From: Spirochaetales bacterium
GTDB taxonomy: Bacteria > Spirochaetota > Spirochaetia > DSM-27196 > SLST01
Assembly: GCA_007127335.1 (NCBI GenBank)
Contig: SKZO01000066.1
Coordinates: 199 to 64,198, forward strand
Reading direction: 5' to 3'
DNA: 64,000 nt
This document shows positions 50,172 through 62,488 of the stretch, piece after piece. Each line of letters opens with the position of its first letter. Position 1 is the first letter of the stretch. A program made the translations under genes and the position numbers. The notes under the pieces were generated by a model. That model was not told the origin of the DNA and ran no database searches. It saw nothing but the letters and a program-made list of their open reading frames with translations.

Positions 50172-52068
50172 ACTCGGCGTCGGCCTGCTCGACGAGCGCC
50201 CGAAGCCGGTCGAGGAGCGCGTGTTCGGTCTGCGGGCGATCGCCCTCCACGTCTGCCATGATCCTGAAGACCGGCTCGGTACCGCTCCCGCGCATCCAGA
50301 GGAACCCCCTCTCCGCACCCTCCTCGTCGTTGAGCGCGAATTTGAGCCCGCCGCGCTCCTCGCCGGTTCGATTGCCCGGACCTTCGCGAACTGCCGTCCC
50401 CTCGTAGTTGATGACCCGGTACGACGTGACCCGCAGTTCCCGGGGGAGCATGCGGCACAGCGCGTCGAACTCGTGGCGGACGCCCGACTCCACTGCGGCC
50501 TTCAGTGCCGCGTGCGAGCGGCTGCGGATTCGCATCAGCGCCCTTGATTCGAAGGAGCTCGTGGTGGTGTACGGCGGCAAGGTTGAGATGATCGCGGCGA
50601 CCGTCGGGTTCTCCAGGGGCGGAAGGCCGAGTCTCGAGAGCCAGATCTCAGCCGGTGAGCGACTCCAGGAGGTGGTCGGGGCGTAACAGAGCTTGAGCAC
50701 GGCGTGGATCGTGTGCAGAGGGTCGCGTACCGCGGAAGGGTGGGTGATGTTGCCGCCGTTGGATCCCTCGCCGAGCAGTCGAACGATCACGCCTTCACGT
50801 CGCAGCTCCCGGGCGCGGTTGACGACGTTGGCCTCGCCAACCTCCGTGCGATGGACCTCGACCCCGTAGTGCGCGGCGATGCGGTCTATCCGTCCCGATG
50901 TTGGCCCGTTGACGACAACGGCTGCGCGACGCATCGGTTCCCCGTCTTCGTCGTACTCGAGCTCTCCGGTGTAGACGAGCCAGCTGAGCTCGGATACGCA
51001 GGCGAGGGCGAACACCTGCTGCGCCTCGAGGAGCCTCGCTTCGCCGTCTCGTTCGTCGTAGTAGACGAGGTTGCCCCGGTCGCCGTCGTTGTCGGGCACG
51101 TATCCGAGCTCGAACTCCTCACCGCGTGCGCGGAGCGCAACAAGCTCTTCGCGACATGGAATGAGACCCGCTCCTTCCGGGACGATCTGGTGCGCGATCT
51201 GTCCCGGGCGGTCGTTCAAAAAACGGAGCCGGCAGCCGGCTGCACGAAGAAGCCGCCGGTCGATGGACGCCGCCCGGGCACTTCCGTTGAGGTCGGCCAC
51301 GATCCCCGGTCGCGTGGAGCGGGTGGTGTCGAGCAGGGCACGGTACGCTTCGATCGCACGCGGTCCCGGACCGCGGATGACCTCGTGCGCGAACTCCTCG
51401 TACGTCTGCGACGCGTGAGCCTTGCGTCTCGCGACCGAGCGCACTGTCGCCGCCTCCGCCGAAGACTCGGGTGACGCAAGGAGTGAGATGATCCTCGTCA
51501 GTACCCCGTCGTCGTCGAGAGCTGCGTGGAACCGCGCCGACAGCGAGCGCGCAGCGGGTCCGTCGAGCACCCCGCCGTCTGAGCCGCCCGTCTTGAACCC
51601 GTTGTGCCCGATCGGGTTGTGGCTGGCGGTGATGTAGAAGAACCCGTCAACCGCCTCTGTGCGTGCCGCGTACGCCATTGTCTCGGGCGACGGCGACACG
51701 CCAAGGTAGTCCACCCGTACGCCGGCGTCGAGGAACGCTCGCAGTGCGGCCCGTGCGATCGCGGGGCCGGTGGGCCGAGTGTCGGTAGCGAGTGCGAGGA
51801 CCAGCTCTCGTCGTCCGTTGGTGTCGTCGGCCCGGCAGTGATGCGCGAAGGCGACTGCTGCGAGCCCAGCGACCACGAGAAGAGACGCCGGGACGGCTCG
51901 GCCAGGGCTCTCCTCGTTCCCGTCGGCGGCGAAGACACCGCGCCAGCCGGAGGCGGAGAAGATCATGCCTGAGACCGCCTCCTGGACCGCCTCGCGCTGC
52001 GACTCGAGGCGGAGGTCGGCAAACGAGCGGTCGATCATCGGAAGGCGGGGATCGCGTGGCGACTGCAT
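50146..52068 (-). CDS. Alpha-D-phosphohexomutase family protein (phosphomannomutase/phosphoglucomutase-like)
   Basis: Start at the ATG at 52068, forming a TGATG junction with the upstream gene. Active-site ITASHNPIGHNGFK, a DNDGDR metal loop and GSGTEP. The track's extension to 52635 overlaps the upstream OMP gene in another frame. Confidence 0.8.
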   Translation of the reverse strand: MQSPRDPRLPMIDRSFADLRLESQREAVQEAVSGMIFSASGWRGVFAADGNEESPGRAVPASLLVVAGLAAVAFAHHCRADDTNGRRELVLALATDTRPTGPAIARAALRAFLDAGVRVDYLGVSPSPETMAYAARTEAVDGFFYITASHNPIGHNGFKTGGSDGGVLDGPAARSLSARFHAALDDDGVLTRIISLLASPESSAEAATVRSVARRKAHASQTYEEFAHEVIRGPGPRAIEAYRALLDTTRSTRPGIVADLNGSARAASIDRRLLRAAGCRLRFLNDRPGQIAHQIVPEGAGLIPCREELVALRARGEEFELGYVPDNDGDRGNLVYYDERDGEARLLEAQQVFALACVSELSWLVYTGELEYDEDGEPMRRAAVVVNGPTSGRIDRIAAHYGVEVHRTEVGEANVVNRARELRREGVIVRLLGEGSNGGNITHPSAVRDPLHTIHAVLKLCYAPTTSWSRSPAEIWLSRLGLPPLENPTVAAIISTLPPYTTTSSFESRALMRIRSRSHAALKAAVESGVRHEFDALCRMLPRELRVTSYRVINYEGTAVREGPGNRTGEERGGLKFALNDEEGAERGFLWMRGSGTEPVFRIMADVEGDRPQTEHALLDRLRALVEQADAESTGTTPQD

Positions 52069-53180
52069 CAGAAGTGAAAGCCGAACCCGAGCGAGAACGG
52101 CACCCATCGCTTCGCGCTCACGTCGCCTTTGGTCCACAGGTAGTTGGTGTAGAACACGAGTTCCGCGCTTGCGAAGAGATCCAGGAAGAATCCGGCTCCG
52201 CTGGACAGGAGCATTCCGGAGTTCTCCTCCTCGACCGGGGAGACGCGCTCGGTATCCAGATAGTAGCCGGCGTCGGTATAGAGAACCAGTCCCGGGATGA
52301 CCTCGGGCACGACGATCGCCGGCAGGTGCAGTCTCACTTCCACGTTGCCGATCGCCTTGACGGTCGAATCGAATCGTCCCCCTCCGTAGCCGCGTACCGA
52401 GCCGCCCGGCGCAGAACGGGGGCCGCGACCGCCGATCGACTGACGGACCGCGAGGGGAATGTCTGGACCGGTTGCCCAGTCGATCGCCCCATACCCTGCC
52501 AGATAGGCGGAGAATCGGTTGCGACCCTCGACCGGGTCGGCCGCGAAGACCGGAAGGTAGCCGCGCAGCGACAGCGTCGAGCGATTGTAGTCCGCTACGG
52601 CGAGCACCGTGTTGTGAAGGAACGGCGGTCCCCACTCGATGGCGAGCTCCGCGCTGAGCCCGCGCCGGGCGCGGGTGATCTCGTCGGTGGTGACGACCGA
52701 GTAGGCGAGGCCCCCAATGACCGAGCCGCGAAGGCTCCCTTCCGTCTCGGGTCGCGGGCTCGCGAAGAAGAGTCGCTCTTCCTCTGTGAACGGGTGGTTG
52801 AACTGCCCCTGGTAGGTCAGGAAGGCGACGGCGCGGTCGGCGGTCACATCGTGCCTGGGCAGTACGCCCTGCTGGATACCGACCTGCCAGACCAGGTCGA
52901 ACCGGTTGTACCCCACCGGCGCCTCGTCGGTCCCGTCCTCAGGCACCCGGAAGAACGAACCGTCGGGATTCCGATAGTACCCCACGCTCTCGTAGGCGCT
53001 CGACAGCAGCCCGGTGACCGACGTTTCAACGCCTTCGACCGTTGGTGGCGAGAACATGTAACGCCCGGCGATCGTCGCGCCCCAGAACCTGGGCCCGGAC
53101 CTGAACTCCCACTGGCCGTTCTGTGCGACCCCGGTGAAGGCGACCGAGACGAGCAGCGCCGCTACAAGTCGGTATTTCAT
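52068..53180 (-). CDS. Omp85/D15-like outer-membrane beta-barrel protein without POTRA domains
   Basis: Start at 53180 (MKYRLVAALLVSVAFTGVAQ signal peptide). Alternating beta-strand pattern, RGYGGGRF, and a C-terminal aromatic OMP signature (SLGFGFHF). Confidence 0.65.
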   Translation of the reverse strand: MKYRLVAALLVSVAFTGVAQNGQWEFRSGPRFWGATIAGRYMFSPPTVEGVETSVTGLLSSAYESVGYYRNPDGSFFRVPEDGTDEAPVGYNRFDLVWQVGIQQGVLPRHDVTADRAVAFLTYQGQFNHPFTEEERLFFASPRPETEGSLRGSVIGGLAYSVVTTDEITRARRGLSAELAIEWGPPFLHNTVLAVADYNRSTLSLRGYLPVFAADPVEGRNRFSAYLAGYGAIDWATGPDIPLAVRQSIGGRGPRSAPGGSVRGYGGGRFDSTVKAIGNVEVRLHLPAIVVPEVIPGLVLYTDAGYYLDTERVSPVEEENSGMLLSSGAGFFLDLFASAELVFYTNYLWTKGDVSAKRWVPFSLGFGFHF

Positions 53181-53291
53181 GGCCGAATCGTAGCGTCGGC
53201 AACGCTGTGGGTCAATATCGTCCCCGGAATCGTTCTTGCGCATCACAGGTGCCTCAACTATAACTGAAGGGGAAGTCAGGAAGGTGGGTCC

Positions 53292-54547
53292 GTGAAGAAG
53301 ATACTGGTCATTGATGAGTCGAAGCTCTTCCGCGAGTTTCTCTCACAGAAGCTTGCCGAATTCGGTTTCGAGGTGATCGTCGGAGTCAACGGGCTCGACG
53401 GCGCGTCCAAACTCAGACGGGAGACTCCTGATCTGGTGATCATGGACTACTACCTCTCGCGGACCTCCTCGCTCGAGCTGCTTCAGAAGAAGCGCGAGGA
53501 TCCGAACACCGAGTCCATTCCCGTGATCATGGCTTCAGGCAAGGTCGACCGTGAGAAGCTCCTCCAGGTTGCCCGGTACAACGTCCGCAAGTTCTTCACC
53601 AAGCCGATCAGGATCGATGCGCTCGCGAAGTCGATTTCCGAGCTCCTGGGCGTCTCACTCGATCTCGACTCGACTCCGTGTATCATTGAGGCCCACGTCA
53701 ACGACGACATACTCTTCGTCGAGGTCGCTCAGGGGCTCAACAAGGAGAAGATCGAGCTCCTGCGGTACAAGATCGTCGAGCTGATGGAGCTCTACGAGGT
53801 GAAGAGCCCGCGAGTCCTGATCATCATGTCGAGTATAGAGGTAGGGCCGGACGATTCGATCAAGCTCGCCTCGCTCCTGCAGACGGTCATTGAGAACACC
53901 TCGGCGAAGCCTCGGCAGGTGAAGATCCTGACGAACTCCGACTTCGTGAAGGAGTTCATTGCCGATCGTTCCGAGTATCAGGACGTAGAGGTGACGAACA
54001 GTCTCGAAAGCGCGATGGATGGCCTTCTGGGGAAGAAGGCCGGCAGCTACATCGACCGGGAAAGCCGGACGGTGCATCAGGAGTTCCTGCAGACGTCGGC
54101 GCCGCGAAACGGAAGGGAGGAGGCGATCGAGATGAAGTTCGAGGGCGAACGAGCTGAGTTCGATCCCGGTCCCGTGGGACGAGCCGCCTGTATAGCGATC
54201 GTCGACGACGACTTCGTGATCCGGGAGATGGTCAAGGCGGTCCTCGGCGATATGGGGCCCACCGTCCGTGAGTTCGAAAACGGACGGGAATTCATCGACG
54301 ATCCTCATCGCGGCGAGTTCGATCTCGTGCTGCTCGACCTCATGATGCCCGAGATGGACGGTTTCCAGGTGATGCAGACGCTCAAGGAGGCGGGCGTGAG
54401 GGTGCCGATCATCGTGCTCTCCGCGCTCTCTCAGCGAGAGACGGTGATCAGGGCCATGCAGTTCGGCGTCACGAGCTATCTCATCAAGCCCCTCGAGCCG
54501 GAGTCCGTACTGAACAAGGCTCGCGAGGTGCTGCAGGCGAACTTCTG

Positions 54548-54548
<1 letters not shown>
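53292..54548 (+). CDS. Response regulator with two receiver domains flanking an unassigned central domain
   Basis: REC1 is KILVIDES...DLVIMDYYL...FFTKP. REC2 is IAIVDDD...[14 protein letters not shown]...YLIKP. The central ~120 aa ([31 protein letters not shown]...[10 protein letters not shown]) faintly resembles a STAS fold, which is a guess. GTG start with a GGAAGGTGGG RBS. Confidence 0.8.
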
Positions 54549-56899
<2,351 letters not shown>

Positions 56900-56915
56900 G
56901 GAGCGCGAACTCCAC

Positions 56916-58082
56916 ATGAACAGGCGTTTCGCCCGTTTGCTTCGGCGGCTGCGCGAGTCACGCTACGCCCGGCCCCTGCTCATCGTCGTCGGGTTCATCA
57001 TGGTCGCCGGCGCCCTGGCGGTCTATCTCGAGGCGAGAGCGAACGAAGAGTTTCGAAGCTGGGCCGACGGCCTGTGGTGGGCGGTGATAACCTTCAGCAC
57101 GACGGGGTACGGCGACATGGTGCCGCGCACCCCGGGCGGACGGCTCCTCGCGATCGCGACGATCTTCGTTGGCGTCGCGGCGATGAGCCTGCTCTCAGGT
57201 ATTCTCGCCTCGCTGTTCGTCGAGAGGAACACCCGCGCAAGGAGAGGTTTGATGGACTTCAGGAAACTCAGCGATCATCTTGTCATGTGCGGATGGCGCG
57301 AGGACATGAAGGAGATCCTCCATGACGTCCTCAACTCCTCCGCGGGCCTCGAGGCCGATCAGGTCGTACTCGTTTCCAACGTCGAACCGGAGAAGGTTCA
57401 GGAGCTGCAGGACGACGAGCGGCTCCACGGGCTGAAGTTCGTGCGAGGGGACTACCATTCGGAGCTCGCGCTCGAGCGAGCGAACGTAAAAGCCGCGCGG
57501 AAGGTCGTTATCATCGCCGACACCCTCGAGAGCTCCTCGGTAAGTGAGATGGACAGCAAGACCGTCATGGCCGTCCTTACCGCGAAGAGCCTTGCGCGCG
57601 ACGTGTACGTGACCGCCGAGGTGCTCGACCGGAAGTACGAGAGCTATCTCAGGCACGTGCAATGCGATGAGATTCTCTTCAGCAGGGACTTCGCTCGGCA
57701 GATGCTCGCGTCGAGCTCGGCGACCAACGGACTCTCGCACATCATCCACGAACTCCTTGGTCAGGGAAGATCGGGATCGCGGCTGCTCACCCTCGCCATT
57801 CCGTCCGACTTCGTCAGCAGGACCTACGGCGAGTACCGGCAGAGCCAGCCCGATTCCGGCGGTCGCCGCCTTCTGATCGGGCTCCTGACCAATACCGGAT
57901 CGCCGAACGCCCTGAAGATCGAGGCGCTGCGGGAAGCGCAGAAGACGAGTGACGTCTCACAGCTGATCTCGAACATGCAGAAGGTCAAAGGCCTCGAGGT
58001 GAACCAGCCGGTGCTCCTTCCGCCGGACGACTTTGAGATTCAGAAACACTCGTTGGCGATTGTGCTCGAGAGGGACGAGTAG
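56916..58082 (+). CDS. 2-TM potassium channel with MthK-like RCK (TrkA-N-type) domain
   Basis: Start at the ATG at 56916. Selectivity filter TTGYGD flanked by two TM helices. RCK-like HLVMCGWREDMKEIL...FVRGDYHSELALERANVKAARKVVIIAD. Confidence 0.85.
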   Translation: MNRRFARLLRRLRESRYARPLLIVVGFIMVAGALAVYLEARANEEFRSWADGLWWAVITFSTTGYGDMVPRTPGGRLLAIATIFVGVAAMSLLSGILASLFVERNTRARRGLMDFRKLSDHLVMCGWREDMKEILHDVLNSSAGLEADQVVLVSNVEPEKVQELQDDERLHGLKFVRGDYHSELALERANVKAARKVVIIADTLESSSVSEMDSKTVMAVLTAKSLARDVYVTAEVLDRKYESYLRHVQCDEILFSRDFARQMLASSSATNGLSHIIHELLGQGRSGSRLLTLAIPSDFVSRTYGEYRQSQPDSGGRRLLIGLLTNTGSPNALKIEALREAQKTSDVSQLISNMQKVKGLEVNQPVLLPPDDFEIQKHSLAIVLERDE

Positions 58083-58574
58083 ATGGAGCGAAACGCAGAC
58101 GAAAAACTGAGACAGATCCTGCTCTTCGCGGAGATCGCCGACAACGAGGAGTACATGGGACAGTTGCAGGACATCTGCCGCCCTCTCGCCTTGCCGGCCG
58201 GCCGCGTAGTCATTCGTGAGGGTGACCAGGGATCGGAGATGTACATCATGCTCGTCGGTCGGGTGGAGATCTGCCGACGCACGAGAGCGGGCGACGACTA
58301 CACGGTCGTCAAGCTGCGCGCGGAAGACAACGTCTTCTTCGGCGAGATGGCGCTCATCGACGACGACGTCAGGTCGGCGACGATCCGGACCACCGTCGAC
58401 TCGGAGTTCCTCGTCGTCACCAAGGAGGAGTTCATCAGCCTTGGCGACCGCTATCCGCAGATCGCACTGCCAATTACCCGTCAGATCGCCAGGATTCTCG
58501 CCAGTCGCCTGCGCAAGACGACCGGCGACATGCTCACCATCTTCGACGCCCTGGTCTCGGAGCTCGAGCAGTAG
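58083..58574 (+). CDS. Stand-alone cyclic nucleotide-binding domain protein
   Basis: cNMP-binding signature GDQGSEMYIMLVGRVEI...FFGEMALIDDDVRSATIRT. The ATG directly abuts the TAG of the channel gene. No DNA-binding or other domain is present. Confidence 0.85.
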   Translation: MERNADEKLRQILLFAEIADNEEYMGQLQDICRPLALPAGRVVIREGDQGSEMYIMLVGRVEICRRTRAGDDYTVVKLRAEDNVFFGEMALIDDDVRSATIRTTVDSEFLVVTKEEFISLGDRYPQIALPITRQIARILASRLRKTTGDMLTIFDALVSELEQ

Positions 58575-58606
58575 CGCCGCGCTACAGCGCCGCGCTACAG
58601 CGCCGC
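58574..58606. repeat. 13-bp tandem direct repeat (2.5 copies) spanning the dapL stop codon
   Basis: GCGCCGCGCTACA at 58574-58586 and 58587-58599, plus a partial GCGCCGC at 58600-58606. It duplicates the last dapL codons and the stop (minus-strand ...GCGGCGCTGTAG). Confidence 0.8.
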
Positions 58607-59815
58607 CCGGATTCGTGAGAGTGCCTCGGTCACCTTTTCGCGGTCATTGAAGGCTGAGATGCGGACGTACCCTTCGCCATGGAGGCCGAATCCGGCGCCA
58701 GGAGTGATCACGACCCCGGCCCGGTTGAGTACATCGTCGAAGAAGGCCCACGAGTCGGTGCCGGTGCGGATCCAGACGTAGGGGCTGTTGATGCCGCCGG
58801 TACATTCGTAGCCAAGGCCCTCCATCGTCTCGCGGATGAGTGTTGCGTTCGCGAGGTAGTAGTCCGACCGCGCACGGATCTCCTCCCGGCCCCGGGGCGA
58901 AAAGACCGCCGCCGCTGCCGTCTGGACCGGGTAGGAGACGCCGTTGAACTTCGTTGATTGACGTCGGTTCCACAGATCCCGCACTGCGTGCGCCGTGCCT
59001 TCCGAGTCGAAGGCCTTGACCTCGTGGGGAACGACCGTGTAGGCGCAGCGGGTTCCGGTGAAACCGGCGGTCTTCGAGAGACTGCGGAACTCCACGGCGA
59101 CCTCGCGCGCGCCGTCGATCTCGTATATTGAGTGCGGCAGCGAGTCGTCACGGATGAACTGCTCGTAGGCGGCGTCGAACAGGATGATCGCCTTGACCCT
59201 GTGCGCATAGGCGACCCATTCGGCAAGCTGCTCCTTTGTTGCGGTTGCACCGGTCGGGTTGTTGGGAAAGCACAGGTAGACGAGATCCACCGGCTCGGAC
59301 GGCGGCGGCGGGACGAACCCGTTCTCCGGGGTCCCGGGAAGGTAGACGAGCCCGTCATACCTGCCGTCGCGCCAGATGCCGGTTCTGCCCGCCATCACGT
59401 TCGTGTCGACGTAGACCGGGTAGACCGGGTCCGGAACGGCGATCGTGATATCCGCGGAGAAGAGCTCCTGGAAGTTCCCCGTGTCGCACTTGGCGCCGTC
59501 GCTCACGAAGATCTCATCGGCAGCGATCTCGCAGCCGCGCTCGGCAAAGTCACCTTTCGCGATCAGGTCGCGGAGGAACTCGTACCCCTGTTCCGGACCA
59601 TACCCGCGAAACGTCTCGTCGTTCGCCTGCTCGGTGATCCCCTTCCGGAACCCCTCGACCGCGGCCGGCGGCAGCGCATGCGTCACGTCGCCTATTCCCA
59701 GCTTGATAACAGGCCGGTCCGGGTGCGCCGACTCGTACGCGGCGACCCTGCCGGCGATCTCGACGAAGAGGTACGATGCCTTGAGTTTGCGATAATGCTC
59801 GTTGATCCTGATCAC
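58595..59815 (-). CDS. dapL: LL-diaminopimelate aminotransferase
   Basis: GTG start at 59815 with AGGAG upstream. (M)[34 protein letters not shown], a PNNPTG-type motif and [15 protein letters not shown] (PLP lysine). The track's extension to 60358 is antisense to the GAF gene. Confidence 0.9.
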   Translation of the reverse strand: MIRINEHYRKLKASYLFVEIAGRVAAYESAHPDRPVIKLGIGDVTHALPPAAVEGFRKGITEQANDETFRGYGPEQGYEFLRDLIAKGDFAERGCEIAADEIFVSDGAKCDTGNFQELFSADITIAVPDPVYPVYVDTNVMAGRTGIWRDGRYDGLVYLPGTPENGFVPPPPSEPVDLVYLCFPNNPTGATATKEQLAEWVAYAHRVKAIILFDAAYEQFIRDDSLPHSIYEIDGAREVAVEFRSLSKTAGFTGTRCAYTVVPHEVKAFDSEGTAHAVRDLWNRRQSTKFNGVSYPVQTAAAAVFSPRGREEIRARSDYYLANATLIRETMEGLGYECTGGINSPYVWIRTGTDSWAFFDDVLNRAGVVITPGAGFGLHGEGYVRISAFNDREKVTEALSRIRAAL

Positions 59816-59863
59816 GGGTGCTCCTGCTTGTCTCTGGTCTCCCAGACAGTATATTTGCGGACT

Positions 59864-60355
59864 ATGGTACGAGACAATCATCAGCGGCGTCTGCTTGCAC
59901 GGGTCAGGACGCTCGCCTCCCACGATGACCCCGGCGGTGCGCTGCAACGGGTATGTACCCTGCTGCGCGACCAAGTGGGACATTACGACTGGGTAGGCTT
60001 CTATCTCTCGGTACCCGGACACCGGCTGCTCGCCCTCGGGCCGTTTGAGGGAGCGCCCACCGAACACCTGCGCATCCCGTACGGAACCGGTGTGTGCGGG
60101 CAGGCGGCCGAACGGGGTGAGACGGTCGTGGTCTCCGACGTCACCGCAGAGAGTAACTACCTCGCCTGCAGTCTCGAGACGCGGGCCGAGATCGTTCTGC
60201 CCGTCTTCAGTCGGAACGAGCTCTGCGGCGAGCTGGACATAGACTCGCATACCGCCGACGCCTTTGACGCGTCGGACCGGGAGTTGCTGTCGCAGATCGT
60301 GGAAATTGTCTCGCCGCTGGTTGCGACGATGTCGCGGAGTCTGCGTTGCGATTGA
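59864..60355 (+). CDS. GAF-domain protein, free methionine-(R)-sulfoxide reductase-like (MsrC/YebR family)
   Basis: Start at the ATG at 59864. [44 protein letters not shown] and GELDIDS match the fRMsr pattern. Confidence 0.8.
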   Translation: MVRDNHQRRLLARVRTLASHDDPGGALQRVCTLLRDQVGHYDWVGFYLSVPGHRLLALGPFEGAPTEHLRIPYGTGVCGQAAERGETVVVSDVTAESNYLACSLETRAEIVLPVFSRNELCGELDIDSHTADAFDASDRELLSQIVEIVSPLVATMSRSLRCD

Positions 60356-60397
60356 CAAGGCGGTGAGCGCGCCCTACCATTGGGACGGGGAGGAGCA

Positions 60398-61291
60398 ATG
60401 CACCGGTTCAGTCTGACGATTCTCGCGATGATCCTGATGGTCGCCGTGGCCGCCGTCGCTCTCGACGAGGAGGCGATCGAGCGGGCCGACGCGCTCTACG
60501 ACGAGGATCGTCCTGACGAGGCGATCGTGCTTCTCGAATCGCTCCTGCCAACCGCCGCTGCCGGCGCCGAGCGGGCAGAGATCCTGTGGCGGCTCTCGCG
60601 CGCGACGCTTTCGGTCGGGGAGAGCATGGAGGATGCCGACGCCGAAACGAACGCGGTCCTCGCGACGTACGAGCAGGGTGAACAGTACGCGATCGAGGCC
60701 GTTGCGGCCGACCCCGACAATCACCTTGGCTACTACTGGCAGAGCGCCAATGTGGGCAAGTGGGGGCAGGCGCGCGGCATTCTGAACGCCCTCTTCAGAG
60801 CGGGCCCTATGCGTGATCTGCTGCGCCAGGCGATTGAGAAGGCGCCCGAACACGCCGGGAGCTATTACGTGCTCGGCCAGCTCTACGCCCAGGTCCCCGG
60901 GATCATCTCGTTCGGCAACAATGATTACGCGGTGAGCCTTGCGCGCAAGTCGATCGACCTCCACGAGGCGGAGTACGCAGCGGGCGTCGCCGACGAGGTT
61001 GAGCACGACTACTACATCCAGCTCGCCAGTCACCTGATCGATCGCAACTGGAACGCCCGCCGCCGGGCACGCGAGCAGCAGAACAAGGTTCGATCGTACG
61101 AACGCACGAGCGACCCGCTCGAGAGGGGCTGGTACTACGAGGGGACCATCGCCATCAGTGATGAAAGCGACCGCGGGGAGGCCGAACGGCTGTTGCGGGA
61201 CATGATCCGTCGGCTCGAGGCGATCACGGACCGAAGCGACGGTCAGGAGCGGCAGCTCGAACGCGCGCGCGAGCTCAAGGCAGGGCTGTGA
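60398..61291 (+). CDS. Secreted helical-repeat protein, function unknown
   Basis: Signal peptide MHRFSLTILAMILMVAVAAVA, then TPR-like helices (ADALYDEDRPDEAIVLLESLL; YYVLGQLYAQ). Confidence 0.5.
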   Translation: MHRFSLTILAMILMVAVAAVALDEEAIERADALYDEDRPDEAIVLLESLLPTAAAGAERAEILWRLSRATLSVGESMEDADAETNAVLATYEQGEQYAIEAVAADPDNHLGYYWQSANVGKWGQARGILNALFRAGPMRDLLRQAIEKAPEHAGSYYVLGQLYAQVPGIISFGNNDYAVSLARKSIDLHEAEYAAGVADEVEHDYYIQLASHLIDRNWNARRRAREQQNKVRSYERTSDPLERGWYYEGTIAISDESDRGEAERLLRDMIRRLEAITDRSDGQERQLERARELKAGL

Positions 61292-61297
61292 GTCGGC

Positions 61298-62488
61298 TCA
61301 TGGGTTCTGATCGCCGGCCGGTTTCTGCTGGTCGATCAGACGAGCCTTCTTGACGCCCAGCCCTTTGCGGCGAAGCTGGTAGACAGCCTGCTCGACCTTC
61401 TGCCGTCGCTCGTCGGTCCGTTCAAACAGGTCGGGTTGCAGACCTCCCTCGCCGGCGTGAACGTTCGTGAGCCCGCACCCGATCAGCCGGATCGGGGTCG
61501 TGTGATCCCACTTCTCGTTCAACAGAAGTCGGGCTACGCGGTAGATCTCGTCTGCTGACGAGACGTCGTGGTCGAGCGTCCGGCGCAGCGTGAAGGTAGT
61601 GAAGTCGGCCAGACGGAATTTCAGTGTAACCGTCCTGGCGTGGCTCTCCTCCTCCATAAGACGAAACATGCACGAATGGGCCGTGTCGAGGAGGGCCCGG
61701 TCGAGCGCGTCCCGGTTGGTGACATCGTGCTCGAAGGTGTGCTCCCCGCTGATCGAATGGCTCGCGCGTCCCTCTCCGTAGAGCCCCGGGTCGACTCCGC
61801 GGCACACCGCGTACAGGTACTCCGCGGCCGCCGCCCCAAGGTATCCCCTGAGCTCCGCAATGGAGTACTCGCGCAGCTGGAGGACCGTCGTGATACCCAG
61901 CGTTGTCAGATGAGCGAGCATCTTCCTCCCCACGCCCCACAGCGATGTGAGCGGCAGCCTCGCGACGAAATCGGCCTCCTGTCCGGGCTCCACCAGAAGC
62001 AGCCCGTCGGGCTTGTCCTCGTCGCTGGCGAGCTTCGCGAGATAGCGATTCGGCGCGATGCCCACGGAGATCGTGAGCCCCGTTGCCTCTCTGACTTTCC
62101 GCTTGATCTCGCTGCCCACCGAGAGGGGAGGCCCGAGCAGCCGGCGCGTCCCCGAGAGGTCGAGAAAGGCTTCATCAACGGACATCTGCTGGAGCGCGGG
62201 GGTGTATTCGCAGAGCAGATTCATGATGCGGCGTGAGACCTCGTGGTACCGGGACATGCGTACCGGCAGGTATACTCCCTGGGGGCATAGACGATATGCC
62301 TGGTTGATCGGCATCGCCGAATGAACTCCGTAGCGACGTGCCTCGTACGAGCATGCCGACACAACACCACGGTGGCCCGGTTGCGCGCCAACGATGACCG
62401 GTCTGCCGCGCAGGTGAGGCTGGTCGTATTGCTCTACCGAGGCGTAGAAGGCATCCATGTCCACATGCAGGAATACCGGTTCGCTCAT
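61298..62488 (-). CDS. dinB: DNA polymerase IV (Y-family)
   Basis: FLHVDMDAFYASVEQ, SIDEAFLD-type (SVDEAFLDL), and LPLTSLWGVGRK. Confidence 0.9.
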   Translation of the reverse strand: MSEPVFLHVDMDAFYASVEQYDQPHLRGRPVIVGAQPGHRGVVSACSYEARRYGVHSAMPINQAYRLCPQGVYLPVRMSRYHEVSRRIMNLLCEYTPALQQMSVDEAFLDLSGTRRLLGPPLSVGSEIKRKVREATGLTISVGIAPNRYLAKLASDEDKPDGLLLVEPGQEADFVARLPLTSLWGVGRKMLAHLTTLGITTVLQLREYSIAELRGYLGAAAAEYLYAVCRGVDPGLYGEGRASHSISGEHTFEHDVTNRDALDRALLDTAHSCMFRLMEEESHARTVTLKFRLADFTTFTLRRTLDHDVSSADEIYRVARLLLNEKWDHTTPIRLIGCGLTNVHAGEGGLQPDLFERTDERRQKVEQAVYQLRRKGLGVKKARLIDQQKPAGDQNP

